A stretch of 64,000 nucleotides of DNA from Opitutia bacterium (lineage in GTDB: Bacteria; Verrucomicrobiota; Verrucomicrobiia; Opitutales; JANOBW01): positions 3,414 through 67,413 of the forward strand of contig JANOBW010000169.1 of assembly GCA_031411855.1 (NCBI GenBank), given 5' to 3'. Shown here in pieces: positions 7,632-18,082 of this stretch; positions within the stretch are counted from its first letter, which is position 1; each line of letters begins with the position of its first letter. Made by a program: the position numbers and the translations under genes. Under the pieces are notes generated by a model. It was given only the letters and a program-made list of their open reading frames with translations. It had not been told where the DNA came from and did not search any database.

Positions 7632-10202
7632 ATGACATCTAAATCATATTTTTTCCTTACCTTTCTTCTGGCCCTCGGCACGGGTTCCCTGCGTTCAGAG
7701 CGGTCCATTTACCTGAACACTCTGGACCTCACGCCTTTTGTGGCGGGGTTTGCCAAAACCACCGCCAACCAGACTTTCGAAAAGAAACCCCTTCAGGTCG
7801 GCACCCAGACTTTCTCCCAGGGGATTTGGAGCCACGCCCCCTGCACCACCCGGCTGGCCCTGCCCTCCGACGCCCTTTTTCTTTGCGCCACCGTGGGGGT
7901 TCAATTGCAGGCAGGCAAAGGGGGGACGGTGCGTTTCCTCATCAAGGACGAGGAAAACGCCATCCTGTTCGACAGTGGGGTGATGAACGCCGACACCCCG
8001 GCCCGGGATCTCGAAATTCCTCTCAATGGCCGCAAGTATGTGACGTTGGTGACGGATCCGGGCTCGGACGGAAACAACGGCGATCACGCGGTCTGGGGTC
8101 AGGCCCGTCTCATTGTTTCCGGCCGGGGGCTTCCCGCGCCCGCGTTTGTGAGAAACGACGTCATCAGTCCGGATATTTCCAGCCTCCAAATGCCGGTGGA
8201 GGCCCCGGTGGACGGCCTTTTGATTGGCAATGGGCGCTTGGGGGCCTCGATCTGGGGAGAGGTGCGGGTTCTCAGGTTTAGTCTTGATCTGGCGGGCCTC
8301 TGGACGCGGCAGCCCGGTCCCCCATGCCCTCCTTTGATTGGGCTGAACCCGGAGGCCGCCCTCCAGGCCCTGCCGCAGACCGGTCCGGGAAGTGGTCCCC
8401 GCCGACTGCCTCTGGGACGTCTCGAGCTCACCCCCAAGTTTTCCAACAACTACGCCAACATCAGCGTCAATCATGGCACGGGGGTGGCACTCGCCAATTT
8501 TGCCGCCTCCACCGCTTCGGTTTCGGCCCTGATCCACGCCGAGGAGCCGGTTCTCTTGATCAATTGCGGCTTGAACGAGTTTGGCGCGCAACTGCTGCCT
8601 CCCGCCGCCGCCGCCCGACTGGGACTTCCCGAACCTCAGAAAGGGGAGGAGGTTTTGCCATCGGGAACCTTTTCCTGGTTTGCCCTGCAAAACGGCCCGG
8701 AGACCACCTTCACGGGAAGCCTTCTCCGTCCCAAAACCGGGGCGGAACCCTGGCTGGTGCTGGTCACGGCCGAATCGGCGCCCGATCTGAAAACCGCCCG
8801 CGAGGCGGTGCTGGCCCGGCTTTTGCGTATCGCCGGAACCGAATGGAAGACCACCCTGAAGGCGCACGCCGATTGGTGGAAAGTTTATAACGATCAGGTC
8901 CGCCTCCTCCCGGGGCCGATGGTCTGGAAGTCCCGCACCCGGCTCGCCCAATATGTCCTCGGCTCCTCGGCTCGGGCCGGGATGGAGCCAGGAGGCTGGC
9001 TTTGGACGTTTGAAGAGGCCGATCCGGACCGTCTTCCGGCCGCTCTTTCCACCGGATATCCGGCCTGCGCCCCCCTCTTTGCCTCCTACCGCCTCGGGTT
9101 CGCCGAGACCGCGACGGCTTTGTCGGAATGGCACCTGGCCCGCCGCGAAATTTACGGCCAGCATGCCCGGGCCGTCTTTGGCGCGACCGGCCTCCTCGCC
9201 CCCGGGTTGCTGCTGCCCAACGGCGCCCCTGCCGCCCTCGCTCCCGAATGCCTGGACCCCGCCTTGGCCGCCCAGGCCGGCTGGCCGTTCCTGCTCCGGG
9301 CGCGGCTGGACCCGACCGCCCCCTTTGTCTCGGAAAAGGCCCTGCCTTGGTTGGAGGATACCGCCCGAGCCCTTTCCCAGCTCGCCGGTGGAGAAAACTC
9401 CCCGGCCCCGAAACTTCCCTGGGGGTCATCCCCGGGCCGCGCCCCCGACTCACCGCCCTCCGCCGCCACCACCTGGCAGGATTCCCTCCTGCTCCGCCAT
9501 TCCTTTGGAGCCCTGGGGGATGTGGCAAACTCCTTGAACAACAACGCTCTTGGGGCGAAATGGAGCGCCCTGTCGGCCCGGGTTCCCCTGCCGTCGTCCT
9601 TCGCCGAAAAAACGCCCGGCCAGCCCTGGCCCGGTCCGGGCGAACGCCCGGGCCAACTTCTGGCCCTCCATCCCCTCAATCTCGTGGCCCTCCCGTCCCT
9701 TCCCTTGGAGAACCCGCCCGGGCCGGTCCCCCTCTCCACGCGGCTTTGGCTGGCCTGCGCGGCCTCGCGCGGACAGCCCGCCGAGGCCGCCCGGACGGCC
9801 CTGGTTCCGGTGGGAAGAAATGGCCTTCCCCTCGCTTTGGAAAGGGACCCCGGCGGCATTCAGGGTCTTTTGGCCCAAACCCTTGAGTTTGTGGAAAACC
9901 AATTCCTGGTCGAAACCCCGGAGGGAGCGGCCCTGGTCTTTCCCAATTTGCCTCCGGATTGGAGCTCCTCCTCCTCCTTTAAAAACCTGACCCTGGGCCG
10001 GGGGGTCCGCTTTTCGGGCGACTGGGCCGGCGGGGCCCTCCGCCAGGTGGAGGTAACCGCCAGCCGCGATGGCGAGGTTTCCCTGGTGGATGTTTTTGGG
10101 GCAAAAGGATTTAAAACCAGCCACAAAGGATACCGCCGGGCCGGGGGAAAGATCATCCTGAGCCTCAAGGGCGGGGAGACTGCCGTGCTGAAAGCCCCGT
10201 GA
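7632..10202 (+). CDS. secreted NPCBM-domain protein fused to a GH95-like (alpha-L-fucosidase-type) region
   Basis: ATG at 7632 (MTSKSYFFLTFLLALGTGSL signal). The NPCBM/NEW2-like N-domain reads KPLQVGTQTFSQGIWSHAP...GKGGTVRFLI...VTLVTDPGSDGNNGDHAVWGQARL. It is followed by LLIGNGRLGASIWGE, which resembles the GH95 N-terminal GNGRLGA motif. The rest is Pro/Ala/Leu-rich and divergent. Confidence 0.6.
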   Translation: MTSKSYFFLTFLLALGTGSLRSERSIYLNTLDLTPFVAGFAKTTANQTFEKKPLQVGTQTFSQGIWSHAPCTTRLALPSDALFLCATVGVQLQAGKGGTVRFLIKDEENAILFDSGVMNADTPARDLEIPLNGRKYVTLVTDPGSDGNNGDHAVWGQARLIVSGRGLPAPAFVRNDVISPDISSLQMPVEAPVDGLLIGNGRLGASIWGEVRVLRFSLDLAGLWTRQPGPPCPPLIGLNPEAALQALPQTGPGSGPRRLPLGRLELTPKFSNNYANISVNHGTGVALANFAASTASVSALIHAEEPVLLINCGLNEFGAQLLPPAAAARLGLPEPQKGEEVLPSGTFSWFALQNGPETTFTGSLLRPKTGAEPWLVLVTAESAPDLKTAREAVLARLLRIAGTEWKTTLKAHADWWKVYNDQVRLLPGPMVWKSRTRLAQYVLGSSARAGMEPGGWLWTFEEADPDRLPAALSTGYPACAPLFASYRLGFAETATALSEWHLARREIYGQHARAVFGATGLLAPGLLLPNGAPAALAPECLDPALAAQAGWPFLLRARLDPTAPFVSEKALPWLEDTARALSQLAGGENSPAPKLPWGSSPGRAPDSPPSAATTWQDSLLLRHSFGALGDVANSLNNNALGAKWSALSARVPLPSSFAEKTPGQPWPGPGERPGQLLALHPLNLVALPSLPLENPPGPVPLSTRLWLACAASRGQPAEAARTALVPVGRNGLPLALERDPGGIQGLLAQTLEFVENQFLVETPEGAALVFPNLPPDWSSSSSFKNLTLGRGVRFSGDWAGGALRQVEVTASRDGEVSLVDVFGAKGFKTSHKGYRRAGGKIILSLKGGETAVLKAP

Positions 10203-10296
10203 GGGATGGCGTGCCTGGATTGGTGAAACGACAAAAACAACCTTCCCCCTGCTGGCAGGGAGCACCGGGCGGTGGGATGGGTCTTCCCTCCCCCGC

Positions 10297-12765
10297 ATGC
10301 GTCCATCCGCCTCCTTTCTTTTGTCGGTCCTGAGCCTCGCCTCGGCCGTTCCGCTCCTGGCTGCGGACACCGCTCCGGATACTTTCGCCGCCACCGATTC
10401 CCTGGGCCGCACCCTGCCCGAATATGCCACCGTGGGCCCGCCCCGGGCCGGCAAAACCACCGCCCTCTTTTACTACGTCTGGCATGGTTCCCACGGGACC
10501 AACCTCCGGACCGTTCCTGATGTTTTCAAGGCCGACCCCAAGGCGGGAAACAACTGGGACAGCCCGGCCTGGGGGCCTCCCGGGGCCTTCCATGTCTGGG
10601 GCGAGCCGCTCCTGGGTTACTACCGGTCCCCCGACCCCTGGGTGATGGACCGCCACACCCGCATGCTCACCGATGCCGGGGTGGATGTCCTCTTTCTTGA
10701 TGTCACCAACGCCTTCACCTACGACAACGCGGTCAACGCCCTCGCCACCTCCCTCCGCGGCCTTCGCGCGGAGGGCCGCCCTTCGCCGGCCTTCGCCTAT
10801 CTCGCTTATTCCTCCTCGGGACGGGTCGTGAGCAATGTGTGGAAAAATTTCTACTCCAAGGGCTTGCATGAGGATCTGTGGTTCCGGTGGGAAAACAGGC
10901 CGCTGATCCTGGCCAAATCCGCCGAACTCACCCCGGAGAACCGGGCCTTCTTCACCGTCCGCGATTCCTGGGCCTGGCAGCCCGGGGAAAACCAGTGGCC
11001 CTGGCTGGAGGCCTCACCGCAGAAAGGGGGCTGGACGGGCACTCCCGCCCACCATGAGTTTGCCTCCGTCTCCACCGCCTCCCACCCCAGCAGCAACCAC
11101 GGAAAATCCTACGCGCTGGGCAGGCAACTTCCTCCCGGTCAGGCGGATGCGCGCCTTGGCCTGAAGTTTGCCGAACAGTGGCGGACGGCCCGCGCCCTCG
11201 ATCCCCAGGTCCTCTTTGTCACCCAGTGGAACGAATGGATGGCCCAGCGCATGCGCTACGACGGGGCCAGCCACATCTTCGCCAACTACCGCATCAGCAA
11301 GGGTGATCCCTGGTTCATTGATGTCTTCGATCCCGAGTTCAACCGCGACATCGAGCCGATGAGGGGAGGGTGGGGGGATTGCTACTACGCGCAGATGACG
11401 GACGGCCTCCGCCGCTTCAAGGGGGTCAGGTCGCCGCCGCTGTCCACCGGTTCCAAAACGATCAGCCTGAACGATTTCGGCACATGGGACAAGGTCGGCC
11501 CCGATTACCTCGACGACCGGGGCGACACCGCCTTCCACGATGCCGGGGCCCTTGTGGGCCAGGAGCGTCTGGTCAACAAAACCGGCCGCAACGACTTTGT
11601 CCGCGCCAAGGTGGCCCAGGACCGGGACCATGTTTATTTTCTCGCCGAAACGGCCGCGCCCGTGACCGACCGCAAGGGCGGGGGCTGGAACTGGATGAAC
11701 CTCTGGGTCCGCATGGAGAACAGCGACTTGCCAGGTTGGGAAAGCTGGCATTTCACCGTCAACCAAAAGTCCGGGCCGGACACCCCGCCCCACCTGTGGC
11801 GCTGCCAGGGGGGCTGGAAATGGGCCGATCTCGGGGAGGTCCCCATGAAAACGGAGGGCAACCGCCTCGCCCTCGCCCTTCCCCGTTCTCTGCTGGGCCT
11901 TGCGGCCGGATCCTCGGTCAGCCTCTCCTTCAAGTGGACGGACAACTGCGGCGAAACCGCCGAAAGCTGGCTGACCGATGGCGATGCCGCGCCCAACTGG
12001 CGCTTCCGCTACCGCTTCTGGGCTCCCGGGGCCGGGGTGGCGCCCGGGCGCGGGCGCACCTACCGGCTCATCGAGCAGGCCACGGGCCGCGTCCTCGGCC
12101 TCCTGTCCGACGGCACCGTGGGTCCCGGGGAAAACCGGTTTGAAAACAGCCAGAAATGGACCTTCTGCGACGCCGGGGACGGCACCTTCGCCCTCGTCAA
12201 CACCGCCTCCGCCCTGGGCGCGAAACCGGTCGCCGAGGTCCTCACCCTTGACGCGTCCGGACCCGCGGTCCAACCCTGGGCCAATACGGCCGTCCAGCGC
12301 TGGCGGCCGCGCACCGCCGGCGGGTGGACCACCTTTGCCTCCACCGCACCTTTGGCCGGCCCATGGGCCTGCGAGGAGGTCAATCCCGTCGCTCCCGGCC
12401 AGCTTCTCCGCCTGGAGTCCTCCGTCGTCGGCAAAAACCTCGGCGTTCCGGCCGCGTCCCTCACCGTCTCCCCCGCCGCGCTTGGCCGCGACGGGCCCTC
12501 CTTCGCCTGGCAGGCCAACCCGGACGGCACGCGCATTCTTTTCGTTAACGAACTGAATCGCCTCAACCTCGCCGCCACCTCCCCCCCGTCCCTGGTCTCG
12601 CCGGCCACCTCCCCCCCGCTCTGGCAGCTCTTCGGCACTGTTCCCGGTTCTTACGCCCTGGTCCCGGCCGGCACCGCCACGGCCCTGGCGGCCGGCGAGG
12701 GTCTGTCGCTTGTCCCGGTCAACCCCGCCGCCCCGGCCCAACACTGGCGGGTCTGTCCACCTTGA
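10297..12765 (+). CDS. secreted putative TIM-barrel glycoside hydrolase with two C-terminal ricin-B (CBM13-like) trefoils
   Basis: Signal peptide MRPSASFLLSVLSLASAVPLLAADT. FYYVWHG...LLGYYRSPDPWVMDRHTRMLTDAGVDVLFLDVTN...FVTQWNEWMAQ reminds me of GH99/GH71-like enzymes, but the family is not verifiable here. The C-terminus has two sets of three QxW-type motifs (QKW, QPW, QRW, then AWQ, LWQ, QHW). Confidence 0.55.
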   Translation: MRPSASFLLSVLSLASAVPLLAADTAPDTFAATDSLGRTLPEYATVGPPRAGKTTALFYYVWHGSHGTNLRTVPDVFKADPKAGNNWDSPAWGPPGAFHVWGEPLLGYYRSPDPWVMDRHTRMLTDAGVDVLFLDVTNAFTYDNAVNALATSLRGLRAEGRPSPAFAYLAYSSSGRVVSNVWKNFYSKGLHEDLWFRWENRPLILAKSAELTPENRAFFTVRDSWAWQPGENQWPWLEASPQKGGWTGTPAHHEFASVSTASHPSSNHGKSYALGRQLPPGQADARLGLKFAEQWRTARALDPQVLFVTQWNEWMAQRMRYDGASHIFANYRISKGDPWFIDVFDPEFNRDIEPMRGGWGDCYYAQMTDGLRRFKGVRSPPLSTGSKTISLNDFGTWDKVGPDYLDDRGDTAFHDAGALVGQERLVNKTGRNDFVRAKVAQDRDHVYFLAETAAPVTDRKGGGWNWMNLWVRMENSDLPGWESWHFTVNQKSGPDTPPHLWRCQGGWKWADLGEVPMKTEGNRLALALPRSLLGLAAGSSVSLSFKWTDNCGETAESWLTDGDAAPNWRFRYRFWAPGAGVAPGRGRTYRLIEQATGRVLGLLSDGTVGPGENRFENSQKWTFCDAGDGTFALVNTASALGAKPVAEVLTLDASGPAVQPWANTAVQRWRPRTAGGWTTFASTAPLAGPWACEEVNPVAPGQLLRLESSVVGKNLGVPAASLTVSPAALGRDGPSFAWQANPDGTRILFVNELNRLNLAATSPPSLVSPATSPPLWQLFGTVPGSYALVPAGTATALAAGEGLSLVPVNPAAPAQHWRVCPP

Positions 12766-12927
12766 GGTCGCTCAGCCCGAAGCCCGCCGGGGTGGGGAAA
12801 ACATCTCCAAAAACGTCCGGTGTCTTTCACACCCGGGTGGTGCCGATGTGGTGGCCAAAAAACCATGTGTGAGGCCGAAAAAAGAATTTTCCTCAAAAAA
12901 GGCTTGTAGTTTACCGTTTAGTCAACA

Positions 12928-13554
12928 ATGTCTGAATCCATGGGACGCACCAGTGATGCCAAAGAACGCCTGCTCAAAGCCGCCAAGGATTTGATCTGGG
13001 AGCGCAGTTATGGCGTCGTCACCATTGATGCGATCTGTGAGAAGGCCAAGGTCAAGAAAGGCAGTTTCTACTACTTTTTTGACTCCAAATCATCTCTGGC
13101 CATCGCCTCTTTGGACAATGAGTGGGACAATATCTACAAGGCCAAGTGGGACAACCTGTTCTCGGCCTCCACCGCGCCCCTGGAGCGTATCCGCAACCTC
13201 TTCCAATCCGTTCACGACGGCCAGGCTGAACTTCAAAAGACCCACGGCTGTGTGCTCGGCTGCCCCTGCTTTTCCCTCGGCTCGGAGACCTGCACCCAGG
13301 ACGAAAACCTCCGCCTCAAGGTCCAGGAAGTCCTCCAGCGCCAGATCCGCTACTTTGAATCAGCCATCCGCGACGCCCAGGCCGAAGGCTCCATCCCCCA
13401 GGGCGATGCCTCCATGAAGGCCAAATGCCTCTTTTCCCTCTTCGAAGGCAGTCTGGCCCAGGCCCGCATCCACAACGACCTCGCTTATCTTCGCAACCTG
13501 CCCGAAACCTCCCTCCAGATCCTCGGAGCCAGACAACCTGTTTCGGTCGCCTGA
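12928..13554 (+). CDS. TetR/AcrR family transcriptional regulator
   Basis: N-terminal HTH: LLKAAKDLIWERSYGVVTIDAICEKAKVKKGSFYYFFDSKSSLA. It lies immediately upstream of an RND efflux operon. Confidence 0.9.
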   Translation: MSESMGRTSDAKERLLKAAKDLIWERSYGVVTIDAICEKAKVKKGSFYYFFDSKSSLAIASLDNEWDNIYKAKWDNLFSASTAPLERIRNLFQSVHDGQAELQKTHGCVLGCPCFSLGSETCTQDENLRLKVQEVLQRQIRYFESAIRDAQAEGSIPQGDASMKAKCLFSLFEGSLAQARIHNDLAYLRNLPETSLQILGARQPVSVA

Positions 13555-13612
13555 TGGGTCCCCTTTTTTGCACTCTTACTTTACTAACCAGTCAACTACA
13601 CATAACTCCACC

Positions 13613-14812
13613 ATGAACGCTTCCTCCAGCCTCATTCCTTCCCGGGCCCACCGCCCGTTTGCTTCCACTTCCGCCCTTTTTGCCCTGGGACTCACCGCTT
13701 TGGGCCTGGCTGGAATCTATCTGGCCCCGTCCGCCCGGGGTGACGACAAAACATCCACCGCCGCCGCCCCGGCCGCTCCCAAGGTCACCGTCGCCCCCGT
13801 CGAAACTCGCACACTCCGCGACTACCGCGAGTTTCTCGGCCGCGTCGAAGCCGTCGAGAGCGTCGAGATCCGTCCCCGGGTTTCCGGGCACATCGGCCGC
13901 GTGCTCCTTCAGTCCGGCCAGCTCGTCACGAAGGGCGATGTCCTCTTTGTCATAGACCCCCGCTGGTATCAGGCCCAGTTCGACCTCGCCACCGCGCAGG
14001 CCCAGCGCGCCAAGGTCCGGGTGGACATCGCCGAGCGCGAGGCGAAACGCGCCACCGAACTCCTTCAGGAACAGGCGGTTTCCGCTGAGGAGGCCGACAC
14101 CCGCAACTCCCGCCTGGCCGAGGCCCGCGCCGAACTTCTCGCCGCCCAGGCCGCGCTCGACACCGCCCGCCTTGATCTGGAAAACACCGAGGTCCGCTCG
14201 CCCATCACCGGCCGCGTCAGCCGCGCCTATGTCACCGCCGGCAACCTGGTCTCCGGCGCTCCCGGTGGCGCAACTCTTTTGACTTCAGTGGTTTCTGTCG
14301 GTCAGGCCCATGTTTACGCCGACGTGGACGAGGCCACCGTTCTCGCCTTCAACCACCACAACCGCGGCGGCAGCCCGGTCGCGGTGGACATGGAACTGGG
14401 CGACGAAACCGGGTTCCCGCGCCACGGGGTCGTCGAGTCCACCGACAACCGCCTCAACCCCGACACTCGCACGCTCACCTTCCGCCTGGTGTTTCCCAAT
14501 GAGGACGGCGCGCTCGTTCCCGGACTCTCCGCCCGCGTCCGCCTTCCAGTCGGCCCGTCTCAGCCTGCCTTACTCGTCAGCGAGCGTTCCATCGGCACCG
14601 ACCAGAGCCAGAAGTTTGTTCTCACCGTCGGCGCGGACAACACCGTCGCCTACCGCACCGTCAAACTCGGCCCCACCGTTGAAGGCCGCCGCGTCATCCT
14701 CGACGGGCTCAAACCCGGCGAACGTGTGATCATCAACGGTTTGCAACACGTGCGTCCCGGCATGGTCGTGACCGCCGAAACCGTTCCCACCACGGTCGCG
14801 GCCAACCTCTAA
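13613..14812 (+). CDS. RND efflux periplasmic adaptor (membrane fusion protein, AcrA/MexA type)
   Basis: The track ORF starts at TTG 13568; I prefer ATG 13613 (MNASSSL...). It has a TM/signal segment, the lipoyl/hairpin pattern VRPRVSGHIGRVLLQSGQLVTKGDVLFVIDPR, a coiled coil, and NTEVRSPITGRVSR. Confidence 0.9.
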   Translation: MNASSSLIPSRAHRPFASTSALFALGLTALGLAGIYLAPSARGDDKTSTAAAPAAPKVTVAPVETRTLRDYREFLGRVEAVESVEIRPRVSGHIGRVLLQSGQLVTKGDVLFVIDPRWYQAQFDLATAQAQRAKVRVDIAEREAKRATELLQEQAVSAEEADTRNSRLAEARAELLAAQAALDTARLDLENTEVRSPITGRVSRAYVTAGNLVSGAPGGATLLTSVVSVGQAHVYADVDEATVLAFNHHNRGGSPVAVDMELGDETGFPRHGVVESTDNRLNPDTRTLTFRLVFPNEDGALVPGLSARVRLPVGPSQPALLVSERSIGTDQSQKFVLTVGADNTVAYRTVKLGPTVEGRRVILDGLKPGERVIINGLQHVRPGMVVTAETVPTTVAANL

Positions 14813-14893
14813 GTCCCGCCGTTTCCATCCTTTAAAGCCGCGTTTTCACGTGGTTCCAGCTACCGCTTCGCCCACTTCAAACGCTTCACAGCC

Positions 14894-17800
14894 ATGAACT
14901 TCTCCGATTTCTTCATCAAACGCCCGATCTTCGCCGGCGTGTTGTCCATTGTCATCTTTCTCGTCGGGCTCATCTCGCTCTTCCAGCTCCCGATCAGCGA
15001 ATACCCCGAGGTCGTCCCGCCCACCGTGGTCGTCCGCGCTGTCTATCCGGGAGCCAATCCCAAGACCATCTCCGAGACGGTCGCCGCGCCTATCGAGCAG
15101 GCCATCAACGGCGTCGAAAACTCGCTCTACATGTTCTCCCAGGCCACGAGCGACGGTGTGATGACCCTCACCATCACCTTTAAGCTCGGCACCAATCTCG
15201 ACACCGCTCAGGTGCAGGTCCAGAACCGCGTCGCCCAGGCGGAAGCCAAACTGCCCCAAGAGGTTAGGCGTATTGGGGTGACCACGACCAAGACCTCGCC
15301 CGACCTCCTCATGGTCGTCCACCTCTTCTCGCCTGATGGCCGCTACGACGACATCTACGTGCGCAACTACGCCACGCTCCAGGTCCGCGACGTGCTCGCC
15401 CGCCTGAACGGCGTCGGCCAGGTCCGCATCTTCGGTTCGGGCGATTACGCCATGCGCGTCTGGCTCGACCCCAACAAGGTCGCGGCCCGCGGCCTCACAG
15501 CCTCCGATGTGGTCACGGCCATCCGCGAGCAGAACGTCCAGGTCGCCGCCGGGGCAGTGGGTGGCCAGCCAAACTCGCGTCCCGCCGACACCGAACTGCT
15601 CATCAACACCAAGGGCCGTCTGGCCACCGAGGAGGAGTTCGGCGACATCATCGTGAAGACCGGCGCGAACGGCGAACGCGTTCAGCTCCGCGATGTCGCC
15701 CGCATCGAGCTCGGCGCCTCCGACTACGCGTTGCGTTCCCTTCTCAACAACAAGGCCGCCGTTGCGCTGCCCATCGCCCAGTTGCCCGGATCGAACGCCA
15801 TCGCCACCTCTGACGCCGTCCGCGCCACCATGGCCGAGCTGAAGAAAAACTTCCCCGAGGGACTCGACTACAACATCGTTTACGACCCCACCATCTTCGT
15901 TCGTAACTCCATTGAGGCTGTGGTGCATACGCTTCTTGAGGCCATTGCCCTCGTGGTGCTCGTCGTCATCCTTTTCCTGCAAACCTGGCGCGCCTCCATC
16001 ATCCCGCTGGCCGCCGTTCCCGTCTCGCTCGTCGGCACTTTTGCGGTCATGAGCTACCTCGGGTTTTCCATCAACGCCCTTTCGCTCTTCGGCCTCGTCC
16101 TGGCCATCGGCATCGTGGTGGACGACGCCATCGTCGTCGTCGAAAACGTCGAGCGGAACATCGCTCTCGGCCACTCGCCCTACGAGGCTACCCGCATCGC
16201 CATGCGCGAGGTCACCGGCCCCATCGTGGCGACCGCCCTCGTGCTCTCCGCCGTGTTCATTCCCACCGCTTTCATCAGCGGCCTGACCGGACAGTTCTAC
16301 AAGCAGTTCGCCATCACCATCGCGATCTCGACCATCATCTCGGCCTTCAACTCACTGACTCTCTCGCCCGCCCTCAGCGCCCTGCTGCTCAAGAGCCATC
16401 ATGCTCCCAAGGATAGACTTACGCGCTTCATGGACGCGGCCTTCGGCTGGATCTTCCGTCCCTTCAACCGCTTCTTCACCTGGGCCTCGCAGAAATATTC
16501 GAACGGCGTGGCCCGCCTCCTGCGCCTCTCCGTCATCGCCCTGGTGGTTTACGTGGGCCTGCTCGCCAGCACCTACCTGCTCTTCCAAAAAGTCCCGACC
16601 GGTTTCGTGCCCACGCAGGACAAGCAATACCTCGTCGCCTTCACCCAACTGCCCGCCGCCGCCTCGCTGGAGCGCACCGACGCCGTCATCCGCCGCATGG
16701 GCGAGATCGCCCTCAAACACCCGGGCGTGGCCAACGCCATCCAGTTCCCCGGCCTCTCCATCAACGGCTTCACCAACTCGCCCAACAGCGGCATCGTCTT
16801 CGTGGGCCTGAAAGGCTTCGACCAGCGCAAGACTCCCGAGCTCTCCGGCCCGGCCATCGCCCGCCAGTTGCAGAAGGAGTTTAACGAAATCCAGGACGGC
16901 TTCATTGCCATCTTCCCGCCTCCTCCCGTGCAGGGTCTCGGCACCATCGGCGGCTTCAAACTCTACGTGGAGGACCGCGGCGACAGCGGCCTCGACGCGC
17001 TCTTCGCCGCCACCCAGGGCCTCATCGGGAAGTCACATGAAACTCCGGGCCTGGCCGGCATCTTCTCCAGCTTCACCGTCAACACGCCGCAGCTCGACGC
17101 TGATGTGGACCGCGCCAAGGCCAAGGCCATGGGCGTGCCGCTCCAGAACGTTTTCGAGACCATGCAGATCAACCTGGGGTCGCTCTACGTCAACGACTTC
17201 AATCGCTTTGGACGCACCTATCAGGTGGTCGCCCAGGCCGACGCCGAGTTCCGCGACAGCGCCGACGACATCATGCGTCTGCAAACCCGCACCTCGGCCG
17301 GCGGACTCGTTCCCCTGGGCTCGCTCGTGAAGGTCAAGGAAACCTATGGCCCCGACCGCGTGATGCGCTACAACGGCTATCCCGCCGCCGAAATCAACGG
17401 GGCCGCCGCGCCCGGCACCAGCTCCGGCCAGGCCGAGGCCCTCATGGAACAGCTCGCCGCCGCCAACCTGCCCAAGGGCATGGTCCTCGACTGGACCGAG
17501 CTCACCTTCCAGAAGATCATCGCGGGCAACACCGGCGTGCTGATCTTCCCCCTGAGCATCCTCCTCGTCTTTCTCGTCCTCGCCGCCCAATACGAAAGTT
17601 TCCGCCTTCCGTTCGCGGTCCTCCTCATCGTGCCGATGGCGCTGCTCTCCGCCATGTTCGGCGTCTGGCTCACGGCGGGTGATAACAACATCTTCACCCA
17701 GATCGGCCTGATCGTGCTCATCGGCCTGGCCGCGAAAAACGCCATCCTCATCGTCGAGTTTGCCGTCAAGCTGCGCGAGGAAGGCAAAGGCATCGTCGAA

Positions 17801-18082
17801 TCCGCGCTGGAGGCTTCCCGCCTGCGGTTGCGTCCTATCTTGATGACCAGCATCGCCTTCATCGCCGGCGTCTTCCCGCTGGTGGTTTCGACCGGCGCGG
17901 GTTCCGAAATGCGCCACGCCATGGGAGTCGCCGTGTTCTCCGGCATGATCGGTGTCACTTTCTTCGGCCTCTTCCTCACCCCGGTCTTCTACGTGGTCCT
18001 GCAAAAGATCGGAGTGAAAACCGCCAAGACCGCCGAGCCCGTGGTCCACGACGAAGCCGCTCCCGAACCCGCCGCGACCTGA
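14894..18082 (+). CDS. RND multidrug efflux transporter (AcrB/MexB family, HAE1-like)
   Basis: 1062 aa with N-terminus MNFSDFFIKRPIFAGVLSIVIFLVGL. It has GIVVDDAIVVVENVER, 12-TM topology, and AAKNAILIVEFA in the second half. Confidence 0.95.
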   Translation: MNFSDFFIKRPIFAGVLSIVIFLVGLISLFQLPISEYPEVVPPTVVVRAVYPGANPKTISETVAAPIEQAINGVENSLYMFSQATSDGVMTLTITFKLGTNLDTAQVQVQNRVAQAEAKLPQEVRRIGVTTTKTSPDLLMVVHLFSPDGRYDDIYVRNYATLQVRDVLARLNGVGQVRIFGSGDYAMRVWLDPNKVAARGLTASDVVTAIREQNVQVAAGAVGGQPNSRPADTELLINTKGRLATEEEFGDIIVKTGANGERVQLRDVARIELGASDYALRSLLNNKAAVALPIAQLPGSNAIATSDAVRATMAELKKNFPEGLDYNIVYDPTIFVRNSIEAVVHTLLEAIALVVLVVILFLQTWRASIIPLAAVPVSLVGTFAVMSYLGFSINALSLFGLVLAIGIVVDDAIVVVENVERNIALGHSPYEATRIAMREVTGPIVATALVLSAVFIPTAFISGLTGQFYKQFAITIAISTIISAFNSLTLSPALSALLLKSHHAPKDRLTRFMDAAFGWIFRPFNRFFTWASQKYSNGVARLLRLSVIALVVYVGLLASTYLLFQKVPTGFVPTQDKQYLVAFTQLPAAASLERTDAVIRRMGEIALKHPGVANAIQFPGLSINGFTNSPNSGIVFVGLKGFDQRKTPELSGPAIARQLQKEFNEIQDGFIAIFPPPPVQGLGTIGGFKLYVEDRGDSGLDALFAATQGLIGKSHETPGLAGIFSSFTVNTPQLDADVDRAKAKAMGVPLQNVFETMQINLGSLYVNDFNRFGRTYQVVAQADAEFRDSADDIMRLQTRTSAGGLVPLGSLVKVKETYGPDRVMRYNGYPAAEINGAAAPGTSSGQAEALMEQLAAANLPKGMVLDWTELTFQKIIAGNTGVLIFPLSILLVFLVLAAQYESFRLPFAVLLIVPMALLSAMFGVWLTAGDNNIFTQIGLIVLIGLAAKNAILIVEFAVKLREEGKGIVESALEASRLRLRPILMTSIAFIAGVFPLVVSTGAGSEMRHAMGVAVFSGMIGVTFFGLFLTPVFYVVLQKIGVKTAKTAEPVVHDEAAPEPAAT

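Noticed and set aside
12831-12840. The 10-bp perfect palindrome CACCCGGGTG upstream of tetR.
   Set aside because: It is short and GC-rich, has no loop, and occurs only once. A palindrome of this kind is expected by chance in a GC-rich spacer.
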